From an uncultured Leptospirales bacterium (GTDB lineage: Bacteria; Spirochaetota; UBA4802; UBA5550), in assembly GCA_964654045.1 (NCBI GenBank), contig CAZZHU010000001.1, positions 43,572-95,229 of the forward strand: a stretch of 51,658 nt of DNA. The letters are read 5' to 3'. Under the pieces are notes generated by a model. It searched no databases, was not told where the DNA came from, and saw only the letters and a list, made by a program, of their open reading frames with translations. Position 1 is the stretch's first letter. Every line of letters starts with the position of its first letter. The position numbers and the translations under genes are program-made. This document shows, piece after piece, positions 36,281 to 44,275 of the stretch.

Positions 36281-37342
36281 TTAATACAGGATAAAATTCC
36301 CCGTCCCCAGGAGTTGGCCGCCGTCGGTCCAGACCTCAACCGTGTAATGTCCCTGGCCCTCAAGAATCAGCCGCCGCGACCAGGTCCCGAACCCTTCCTT
36401 TCTTCCGCCCTTGATTTCGCTCAGCGATATCGATAAAAGCTTTCTGCCATTATGGTACCAGATGTGATTTATCCTTTCCGCGAGGCCGCGCGGCGCAAAA
36501 ACTGATGAATAAAAATAAACTTCCGGCACTACATCAGCCTTTGCCCGGTTGAAGGGATTCCGCGGCCTGTAGTTCTCTATCTCGACGCATGCCACGGCAC
36601 GGTTAAGCTTGAGCGGCGAAGGAGGTATGAGGCTCCTGCCGAACCAGAGCAGGACAAAGAAGATAGCAATGCCAAGGAGAAATACAAGGGTGTTTTTTTT
36701 ATTTTTCAGCATGTCAATGTGAGGATATACAAATACGATGACCGTAACCGCCGCAATTCCCCCTGAAGCAAGGAGACTCCAGATGTTTCTCATCCCAAAG
36801 AGTATGGGGAAGATGAAATTGAGCACGCAAAAAAAAGTGAGCGCATAGAAGAGCGAACCCCGCAGGGGATGACGTGCCACAAGGCGCTGGTATATCTCAA
36901 ACCATCCCGCAATGACGGCAAGGCCTATCAGTACCGGCGCAAAGAGAATGTTGCGTGAGGGGAATGTCATGGATTCGAAATAGAATGGAATCACAAAAAG
37001 CAGCATGTTGTTTAATATAAAAATAAGGGCTGTATCCCAGAATGAAGCTAATATGCCGGTTTTGTGCTTTAACAGATACAATCGGAAGGTGATATAAAAA
37101 AATGCAAAAATTACCGAGACAATCACAATCGGCACATATTCGAATCCCTTTTTAAAAAGAAAAATAACAACGAGGCTTGTTGAAAAAGAGAAAAACGGCT
37201 GAAGTTTCATGATGCGCTGAATGCCAAGAGGCCAGATGTTGAAGATGGCGAGCAGATACCGGGCAATGCCTCTCAACCCGCGGGGATAGTCGCTCCGGGG
37301 TGGAATTCCTTCTGCATAATAGTGAATTGCTCTTTGTATCAT
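36281..37342 (-). CDS. DUF2914-like membrane protein
   Basis: Multiple TM helices, then a C-terminal soluble domain (HIWYHNGRKLLSISLSEIKGGRKEGFGTWSRRLI..GHYTVEVWTDGGQLLG) as I recall for DUF2914. I took the start at ATG 37342, but the ORF stays open to 37384. Confidence 0.55.
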   Translation of the reverse strand: MIQRAIHYYAEGIPPRSDYPRGLRGIARYLLAIFNIWPLGIQRIMKLQPFFSFSTSLVVIFLFKKGFEYVPIVIVSVIFAFFYITFRLYLLKHKTGILASFWDTALIFILNNMLLFVIPFYFESMTFPSRNILFAPVLIGLAVIAGWFEIYQRLVARHPLRGSLFYALTFFCVLNFIFPILFGMRNIWSLLASGGIAAVTVIVFVYPHIDMLKNKKNTLVFLLGIAIFFVLLWFGRSLIPPSPLKLNRAVACVEIENYRPRNPFNRAKADVVPEVYFYSSVFAPRGLAERINHIWYHNGRKLLSISLSEIKGGRKEGFGTWSRRLILEGQGHYTVEVWTDGGQLLGTGNFILY

Positions 37343-37380
37343 AAGTGGTCTGATATAACAAATTGTTCCGCATGTAGATG

Positions 37381-37863
37381 TCAAATAATATTTTGATAGT
37401 TATCGGTTAATATTTCTTCAAGGTTGGTGATTCCCCAGTAGATTACTAGTCTGCTTGTTCCATTGATAATTTTATATGAGAATGCATAATTATGGAATAG
37501 ATAGTTATCGGTAATTATTTCCTTTGCTTGTGAGTTGAAGATCTTAATTATATTTTTGAGATATTTTCCAACTGCAAACGCTATAATGAAAGAAAGAGAC
37601 ATTTTGCATACCTTCCGCAAATCCATGCATAATTCATATTCATCTTCTCGTAATGTTAAATGAAATGTTCGCCAATTTGATTTGTTGTCGCGTTCTTGGT
37701 ATTTAACCGGAGACGTGAAGATTGACATTTTCTTTTCGTCATCAAGAAACTGTTTTAATAGAAGGCGTATTATGCATGTTTTTGATAAGTGTAATACAAC
37801 TGATGCATGAAATAGTTCTTCCATCGTTGCTTTATTCATATTTATGGTAGTTTGTATCTGCAT
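37381..37863 (-). CDS. Orphan AT-rich hypothetical protein (160 aa)
   Basis: Strong SD (AAGGAG, then 6 nt, then ATG). G+C is about 30% (18 G/C in 37381-37440), against clearly GC-rich flanks. It contains two R1 copies, each encoding T-D-N-Y. Confidence 0.6.
   Translation of the reverse strand: MQIQTTINMNKATMEELFHASVVLHLSKTCIIRLLLKQFLDDEKKMSIFTSPVKYQERDNKSNWRTFHLTLREDEYELCMDLRKVCKMSLSFIIAFAVGKYLKNIIKIFNSQAKEIITDNYLFHNYAFSYKIINGTSRLVIYWGITNLEEILTDNYQNII
37395..37407 (-). repeat. R1 family copy 6: GATAGTTATCGGT (within TTTTGATAGTTATCGGT, 37391-37407)
   Basis: Encodes ..LTDNYQ.. at the C-terminus of the orphan ORF. The 17-mer is identical to 37929-37945. Confidence 0.9.
37500..37512 (-). repeat. 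R1 family copy 7: GATAGTTATCGGT
   Basis: Lies inside the orphan ORF and encodes ..ITDNYL... Confidence 0.9.
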
Positions 37864-37932
37864 GTTATACTCCTTGATAATACCTGTTACATGGTGTATA
37901 ACGAATAGGTGGTGAGATATTAAAATATTTTT

Positions 37933-37945
37933 GATAGTTATCGGT
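37933..37945 (-). repeat. R1 family copy 8: GATAGTTATCGGT (within TTTTGATAGTTATCGGT, 37929-37945)
   Basis: Lies in the 98-bp gap between the hrpB stop and the orphan ORF start, about 70 bp upstream of the ATG. Confidence 0.9.
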
Positions 37946-37961
37946 ATAAAAATATGCTTAG

Positions 37962-40466
37962 CTATCTTTTCCTCGGTTTGGCCTTGCTTGTGGGTTCAGC
38001 ATCGCGTGGATTGTCCGGCCAGTAATGGCGGGGATATCGGCCTTTGAGCTCTTTTTTTACCTCCGGATACGAGCGGTCCCAGAATCCATCAAGATCACGT
38101 GTAATCTGAATTGGTCTTCCGGCGGGAGATAGTAGATGGAGCAATAGCGGCACCCCGCATAGTTTGGGCGTCTCCCTTGCACCGAAAAACTCCTGTATCC
38201 TGGCTGCAATTATCGGGATGTCACCGGATTCATAATCAATTTTTTTATGAGTACCTGATGGAAGAGTGATTTGTTCCGGGGCCAGAATATCAAGACGTTG
38301 TACATTCTCCCATCCCAGGAAATTTTTCAATGCACCGAGGACCGTTTCCTCGGTAAATACGGGACCTGCCGCGTAATTCCCATATGGGATAAGCCACTTC
38401 TTAAAATCTGATTTCAACGCTCCAGGCTGAAAATCAGGCCAGTTGCTCTGACCCCCATATTTCCAAAGAAAAATAGTTTTTGCGCATAAACGCCGTGCCT
38501 GATCATTCCATGGCAAACATTTAAGTCCTTCGCAGGCAATTCGTTCTATGGTATAGTGGCGAAGCTGGTCTTCTGGCGGTATGGTCCCCCTGGTTTCTTT
38601 CATAATAAGATGCCCCAGTCGTACCAGGATCCGTGATCGCGGGGTCCATCCTTCCCATTCAACAAGATGTTCAACTTCCGGTTGCCCGGCAAGTCCGCTT
38701 TCAAGATCACCGATAGTTATCGGTGCCGCCAGGAATATGCGGGCGTCTGTTTCTCCGCCGTCCAGTTCGGCGGCAGCCAGAAAATCTGAATTGTCCAGAC
38801 TGCCGTTAAGCTTTGCTCCCCGGCCGGTGGCCAGAAGCCACCGGGAGAGGGCACCCCCGCCCGTTCTGCGCGCTGCCCGGTCCGGGTATGCCAGGAGGAG
38901 CAGTTTTCCCGCAAGTTCCGGGTCCACATCATCGGCACGGATCGTCCGTTGCTCTGACACCGCCTGCCGGATTATCCGCCGGGCCTCATCGCCAATGCGG
39001 CGGGCGGGCCCGTCCGGCATGATGCAGCGTTCTCCCCGGCTCCATACCGACCAGGCAGAAAGCCTGTCCCGGAAATCAGGGTCATCGCCGCCAATCGGAT
39101 CGCCTTCTTCCAGAATCGCGGCGGCCACTGCCGCCGTTGCGAGCCAGCCCCGTTGAGCCGCGGCCAGGACCATGCGGCCAAGGCGGGGATGTAGTCCCAT
39201 GGCGGCGGCGATACGGCCCATACCGGTTATACGGCCCTTTTCATCGATCAGGTCAAGGGCCAGCAGCAGGGCCGAAGCGCGCTCAACAGCGGCCTGCGGT
39301 GGGGATGTGAGCCATTTCAGGCCAAAGGGCGAAGACCCCCACAGGGCCGTTTCAAGGACCAGGGGCGCGAGGTCGGATCCAATTATCTCGGGCGGTGAGT
39401 ATTCCTCGCGTTTCTCTATTTCGTTCCACCATCGCAGACAGGTGCCCGGTCCCAGGCGGCCGGCCCTCCCTTTGCGTTGTTCCGCCGAAGCGATGCTGAT
39501 CGGAGCCGTGTCCCAGTGGTCCATGCCCGTGCGGGGCAGGTACCGAACCCTGCGTTCGAGGCCGCTGTCCACCACGGCGCGTACCCGCGGAATGGTAAGG
39601 CTGGTTTCAGCAACATTTGTTGCAAGGATGATCCGGTTGCTGCAGTCAGGCAGCGGGTTCAGCACCCTGCGCTGCTCTTCCGGCGGGAGCTGGCCGTGGA
39701 GCATGGAGATCCCGGCGTTGATCTCCGGATAGTTCCCGGCAATAGACTCGCGCGTGCGGTGTATCTCGCGGAACCCGGGGAGGAACACCAGCGTGTCGCC
39801 GCCGTTCTCGGCTTCAAGGAGCCCCAGCGCCTCTGCGGCCAACCGCGCGGCGCCATCCCACACTTTTTCTCCGGCGCGGGGTGGGCGGTACAGGACCCGC
39901 ACGGGATGTGCCCTTCCCGGCACGGAAATAAGGCGGATATCGCCGAAGACGGCGCGTATCTCCCCGGAGGGAAGCGTTGCCGACATGAAGAGTATTTTTA
40001 AATCAGGCCGTAGCGTTTCCCGGCAGTCCCAGGCGAAGGCCAGGGCCATGTCCGCCTGGAGGTTCCTTTCGTGGAATTCGTCGAAGATCAGGGTGCCGTA
40101 CCCTTCGAGGGACTGGTCTTTCTGTATGATGCGCGTCAGGATGCCCTCCGTGACCACTTCAAGACGCACACCCGCGCCGGTCACTGTTTCTGTCCTGGTG
40201 CGCAGTCCCACGGTCTGCCCGACCTTTTCACCGAGGATGGAGGCGATGCGGTCCGCCGCGGCCCGCGCCGCTATCCTCCGCGGCTGGAGGAGAAGGATTC
40301 TTGATCCTGTGAAAGCGGGATGCGAAAGAAGCCGCCACGGCACCAGGGTGGTCTTGCCGGCGCCGGTCTCCGCGTGGAGCAAAAGGGTCTGGTCCCGGGC
40401 GAGGGATTCTGCTATCTCCCCGAGATAGGGATATACGGGAAGGGATTGAATGTCATTTGCCGCCAT
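37962..40466 (-). CDS. hrpB: ATP-dependent RNA helicase HrpB (DEAH-box)
   Basis: 834 aa with AETGAGKTT (motif I), DEFHER (motif II), SAT, QRKGRAGR (motif VI), and an HrpB-type C-terminal extension. Confidence 0.9.
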   Translation of the reverse strand: MAANDIQSLPVYPYLGEIAESLARDQTLLLHAETGAGKTTLVPWRLLSHPAFTGSRILLLQPRRIAARAAADRIASILGEKVGQTVGLRTRTETVTGAGVRLEVVTEGILTRIIQKDQSLEGYGTLIFDEFHERNLQADMALAFAWDCRETLRPDLKILFMSATLPSGEIRAVFGDIRLISVPGRAHPVRVLYRPPRAGEKVWDGAARLAAEALGLLEAENGGDTLVFLPGFREIHRTRESIAGNYPEINAGISMLHGQLPPEEQRRVLNPLPDCSNRIILATNVAETSLTIPRVRAVVDSGLERRVRYLPRTGMDHWDTAPISIASAEQRKGRAGRLGPGTCLRWWNEIEKREEYSPPEIIGSDLAPLVLETALWGSSPFGLKWLTSPPQAAVERASALLLALDLIDEKGRITGMGRIAAAMGLHPRLGRMVLAAAQRGWLATAAVAAAILEEGDPIGGDDPDFRDRLSAWSVWSRGERCIMPDGPARRIGDEARRIIRQAVSEQRTIRADDVDPELAGKLLLLAYPDRAARRTGGGALSRWLLATGRGAKLNGSLDNSDFLAAAELDGGETDARIFLAAPITIGDLESGLAGQPEVEHLVEWEGWTPRSRILVRLGHLIMKETRGTIPPEDQLRHYTIERIACEGLKCLPWNDQARRLCAKTIFLWKYGGQSNWPDFQPGALKSDFKKWLIPYGNYAAGPVFTEETVLGALKNFLGWENVQRLDILAPEQITLPSGTHKKIDYESGDIPIIAARIQEFFGARETPKLCGVPLLLHLLSPAGRPIQITRDLDGFWDRSYPEVKKELKGRYPRHYWPDNPRDAEPTSKAKPRKR
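38445..38456 (-). repeat. R2-like core GCTCTGACCCCC inside hrpB
   Basis: Perfect core CTCTGACCCC at 38446-38455, encoding Y-G-G-Q-S on the minus strand. Confidence 0.35.
38709..38724 (-). repeat. R1 family copy 9: ACCGATAGTTATCGGT (perfect 7-2-7) inside hrpB
   Basis: On the coding strand it reads GCA CCG ATA ACT ATC GGT (A-P-I-T-I-G). Confidence 0.9.
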
Positions 40467-40591
40467 GATTTAATTTTTCACAGGATGGGTTATATACTTC
40501 AATATTTATTTTGCCTGATCTACAAAAACCTTGTATTTTACTTCTATTCATTGATATTCCCGCGGATGTTTTGCATCATTAAATTAGGGGG

Positions 40592-41476
40592 ATGATTATG
40601 AAAGCCAGACTTAAGGTTGTAATGGTATTATTAGTTGCTGTTGCGTTCGGATTGACCGGCTGTCTCTCATGGGAGGAAGGCTGGAAGAATATCAAGGGGC
40701 CGGCTAAGAAGGGGGCCGTGGGCGCCCTTATCGCGAAGGCGAATCTCCAGATAGCAGGCGCGGATAGCAGGGAAAAACTGGAGGCCCTTATACGCACCTA
40801 TGAAGAAGTCCTTGAGATCGACCCGAATAACTACGAGGCGCTCTGGAGCCTGGGACGGTATTATATCCTGATGGGAGTCGCCTACATCGATACCATGAAA
40901 GCCAGGAAGGATTATTACCTGAAGGCGATCCGTGCCTGTGAGCGGGGCATGTACACCAATGGGGACTTTAAAAAGATTGTTGATGGCGGGACGCCGCTCT
41001 GGGAAGCCTGCTCGGTATTGACGAACCGGGAGATTGAGGCGATGAATTACTGGTACTCCGGGGTGGGATGGTATTATACCGATTGCATGAATCCCGTGGA
41101 GAGGATCTTCAATCTGCACTGGGCCTTCAGGAATAAAAAGGTCCTCGATCGCATGATGGCCATCGATCCCGCGTGGGGTGGCGGCCATCCCTATGCGGCC
41201 ATGGGCGCCTATTATGCTCTGGTGCCGTCAATCGCCGGGGGCGATTTAAAGAAAGCGGCGGACTATTATGGAAAAGCCGACAAGGCGGGGGCCGGATGGC
41301 TCTATGTGAGATTTTCCCGTGCCAAGTTCCTTTATGTAAAAACGGGGGATCGTGAAGCCTTCAAGAAGGACCTTGCATGGGTCATAGCCCAGGACCCGCA
41401 CAAGGCCAGGAGCCCATTTCCGTGGAATGTGTATTTCCAGAAGGAAGCGAAAAAGATGCTGGATGCGGACTGGTAA
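40592..41476 (+). CDS. TPR-like lipoprotein, TatT (TRAP-transporter-associated) family-like
   Basis: Lipobox LTGC. The helical-repeat body and the C-terminal GGGHPYAAMGAYYALVPSIAGGDLKKAADYYGKA resemble TatT-family proteins as I recall them. Confidence 0.45.
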   Translation: MIMKARLKVVMVLLVAVAFGLTGCLSWEEGWKNIKGPAKKGAVGALIAKANLQIAGADSREKLEALIRTYEEVLEIDPNNYEALWSLGRYYILMGVAYIDTMKARKDYYLKAIRACERGMYTNGDFKKIVDGGTPLWEACSVLTNREIEAMNYWYSGVGWYYTDCMNPVERIFNLHWAFRNKKVLDRMMAIDPAWGGGHPYAAMGAYYALVPSIAGGDLKKAADYYGKADKAGAGWLYVRFSRAKFLYVKTGDREAFKKDLAWVIAQDPHKARSPFPWNVYFQKEAKKMLDADW

Positions 41477-41485
41477 TTATGTGCG

Positions 41486-41521
41486 CCCGTGAGAACCCCG
41501 GTGGAATGCGGTTCTCACGGG
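41486..41521. terminator. Bidirectional stem-loop between convergent genes
   Basis: CCCGTGAGAACC (41486-41497), a 12-nt loop, GGTTCTCACGGG (41510-41521). This is a 12-bp perfect stem. Confidence 0.75.
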
Positions 41522-41529
41522 GCGATTAT

Positions 41530-43164
41530 TTATTGTTCCCTGACTATCCGTCCCTCGACTTTTGCCTCGATTTTTCCCTGCTTCCGTATCGTGTCCACCA
41601 GCAGTTCCCTCAGGGGAAGTCCTGTTTTCGTCGATGGTTTGCCGGGAAAAACCTTATACCCGTCGCCGCCGGAATACATGAAATCGGTGACGGTGACCGT
41701 GTAGGTCTTTGCCGGATCGATGGGGGCATTGCCCACGGTTATATTTTCCACTATCTTCCCTTTTACTTTGAATTTTATACCGGATACATGGAGGAATCCC
41801 CCGTCCTCATCTTCTCTATTTCCCATTACCGATCGGGTGAGGGCCTCCAGGACCTCCCCGCCGGTGAGCTTCGCTACAATGATTTCATTCGGATAGGGCA
41901 TCACCTTGAAGATACCCTCGATGGTGACAGGCCCCCTGTCCAGGCTTGAACGGAGCGAACCGGCGTTGATGAAGGCGATATCGGAACTGGTGTAATTCCG
42001 CATGACATCAGCGACAAAGTTGCCCAGGTTCGTTTCCTCGTAGCGGATGCGCCCCCTCTCGCCGTCGAGGAATACCAGGGATTCTCCCACGACTTCTTTG
42101 AACGTGGCGTCAAGTTTTGCGCTGTAGGCATCCAGGATTTTCGTCACTTCCGGGTCCTGCCTGATCCCGGTTGTTACGGGGATGTATTTTGATTTTTCAA
42201 TCACCGCTTGTCCGGTCTTCGTGCTGATGACGATATCCAGCCTCCCGAGGTAGCGCCCCTTTTCATAGGCCTGGTACACGGGGACACCCGCCGCGATCTT
42301 GACCGGGTCGAAGAGTATCTGGTCGTGACCGCCGATGATGGCGATAAGCCGCGGGTTTGCTTTCGCGATGTCTGAATCGGTCTGGAACTTGCTGTGCGAG
42401 AGAAGTATCACCGGTCCCCTGCCGGCTGCCTTGCGGAAGCCTTCGGTCACGGTCCTGGTCGAATCGAGGACATCGACCTTTTCCACGTTCCCCGGGGCGG
42501 TGGTGACCAGGAGTTCCGTGGTTGTGGCGCCGATCACGGTGAGGATCGCGCCCTGCCCGAGGGGGAATGACGCTGACGGCTCATTCATCAATTGCCTGCT
42601 CTCTTTCCAGATGATGTTGGAGCTGATAATCGGGAATTTCGCAATTTTCTTGAGCGCGAGAAAGTTATCAAGACCGAAGTCGAACTCATGGTTTCCGACC
42701 GTCATGGCGCTAACGCCCATGACATTAAAAATTTCAATGTCGGGTTTTCCCTGGAACACAGTCGACATCGGAGTCCCCTGCAGCACGTCGCCGGCCACCA
42801 GCAGTAATGTCCTGATGCCCTTCCGGCTGTTCTCGGCGCGGATATCCTTCACCAGCATTGCCATCCCGGCAATCCCGCCCACTTCGGCGGATGATCCGTC
42901 CTCCTCCTTCTTCACCTTGAAGGGCATCAGGTTCCCGTGAAGGTCATTGAAGAAGAGGATGGTCGCCCTGATGCTCCGGGATTCCAGCTGCTTCTTCTTT
43001 GAAGGGGATGCCTTTGCCAGAAGGACGTTGCGGCCGGTTACGTTCCATGACCGGTCAGCGTCCGCGCGGACGATGTTCTCCGCGCCGACGGACAGGACAG
43101 GGGCCAGTCCGGCCGCCATGATGAGGGTCAGGGTAATTAATGCTATTCGCCTGCGTAGTTTCAT
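41530..43164 (-). CDS. Bifunctional metallophosphatase / 5'-nucleotidase (UshA-like), exported
   Basis: Signal peptide, metallophosphatase motifs FFNDLHGN, AGDVLQG and GNHEFD, and a C-terminal 5'-nucleotidase domain. Confidence 0.85.
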   Translation of the reverse strand: MKLRRRIALITLTLIMAAGLAPVLSVGAENIVRADADRSWNVTGRNVLLAKASPSKKKQLESRSIRATILFFNDLHGNLMPFKVKKEEDGSSAEVGGIAGMAMLVKDIRAENSRKGIRTLLLVAGDVLQGTPMSTVFQGKPDIEIFNVMGVSAMTVGNHEFDFGLDNFLALKKIAKFPIISSNIIWKESRQLMNEPSASFPLGQGAILTVIGATTTELLVTTAPGNVEKVDVLDSTRTVTEGFRKAAGRGPVILLSHSKFQTDSDIAKANPRLIAIIGGHDQILFDPVKIAAGVPVYQAYEKGRYLGRLDIVISTKTGQAVIEKSKYIPVTTGIRQDPEVTKILDAYSAKLDATFKEVVGESLVFLDGERGRIRYEETNLGNFVADVMRNYTSSDIAFINAGSLRSSLDRGPVTIEGIFKVMPYPNEIIVAKLTGGEVLEALTRSVMGNREDEDGGFLHVSGIKFKVKGKIVENITVGNAPIDPAKTYTVTVTDFMYSGGDGYKVFPGKPSTKTGLPLRELLVDTIRKQGKIEAKVEGRIVREQ

Positions 43165-43281
43165 GCCTCATGCCTCCCGGGAACAAAATGATATGATGCG
43201 ATTTTCAATAATGTTGCTCACGAGAATAAAATCAATCATTAATTGCTTCATCCAAAGGGGTGGAAATGGCGCGGCATCAAT

Positions 43282-44202
43282 TTACTTTTTTTTGTTTTTG
43301 TCAGGTATGAGAACAGACAGCAGGATCGATCCGACGAGGAGCGCTCCCACCACCGAAAGGGCGATTGATACCGGTATCTTGTAGAAATCGGATATAAGCA
43401 TCTTTACCCCCACGAAGACCAGGATGAGGGAAAGGCCATAGTTGAGATATTTAAAAAGCTTCATGATTCCCGATATGGCAAAGTAGAGGGCGCGGAGCCC
43501 CAGTATGGCGAAGATGTTGGATGTGAACACGATAAAGGGATGCTGCGTTATTGACAGGATCGCCGGTATGGAGTCTATGGCGAAGACGATGTCAGTTGTT
43601 TCTATCACGAGGAGGGTTACGAAGATGGGCGTGGCCATTCGTTTGCCCGCTTTCTTGATAAAAAAGTTTCCGCCTTTGTAATCACGATCAACGGGATAAA
43701 CCTTGTTGAATGCCCGGAGTACCGGGTTCTTCTCCGGGTGGATTTCCTTCTCTTTTTCAAAGGCCATCTTGATGCCGATGTAGACGAGGAAAGCCCCCAG
43801 GATGTAGATGGCCCAGTGGAGCTGCTGGATGATGGCCACGCCGGCCAGGATGAAGGCAGCCCGCATGACGATGGCCCCCAGGATGCCCCAGAAGAGGATC
43901 TTGTGCTGGAACCGCGACGGGATGTCGAAATAGGTGAATATCAGTATAAAGACGAAAATGTTGTCAACGCTCAGGGCCTTCTCTATGAGGTAGCCGGTGA
44001 GGAATTCCAGGGCGTAATCCCTGCCCATGTAGAAATAGACGCCGACACAGAACAACAGGGAGAGGACGATCCAGAAGAGCGTCCAGAGAAGGGCTTCTTT
44101 TACCCGGATATCATGGTCTTTTTTCTGGAGTACCTTCATATCGAGGACCAGCATCCCTATTATAAATGCAATAAAACCGACCCACAACAAAACCTGTGTC
44201 AT
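43282..44202 (-). CDS. TerC-family integral membrane protein
   Basis: 306 aa with TerC motifs (EKALSVDNIFVF, LVIETTDIVFAIDSIPA). Confidence 0.85.
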   Translation of the reverse strand: MTQVLLWVGFIAFIIGMLVLDMKVLQKKDHDIRVKEALLWTLFWIVLSLLFCVGVYFYMGRDYALEFLTGYLIEKALSVDNIFVFILIFTYFDIPSRFQHKILFWGILGAIVMRAAFILAGVAIIQQLHWAIYILGAFLVYIGIKMAFEKEKEIHPEKNPVLRAFNKVYPVDRDYKGGNFFIKKAGKRMATPIFVTLLVIETTDIVFAIDSIPAILSITQHPFIVFTSNIFAILGLRALYFAISGIMKLFKYLNYGLSLILVFVGVKMLISDFYKIPVSIALSVVGALLVGSILLSVLIPDKNKKK

Positions 44203-44275
44203 ATTGCTGAATCCTTATGATATGATGATTGTCTGTTTATTATACTATCAATGTAAAACAATGATGTCAATATAA

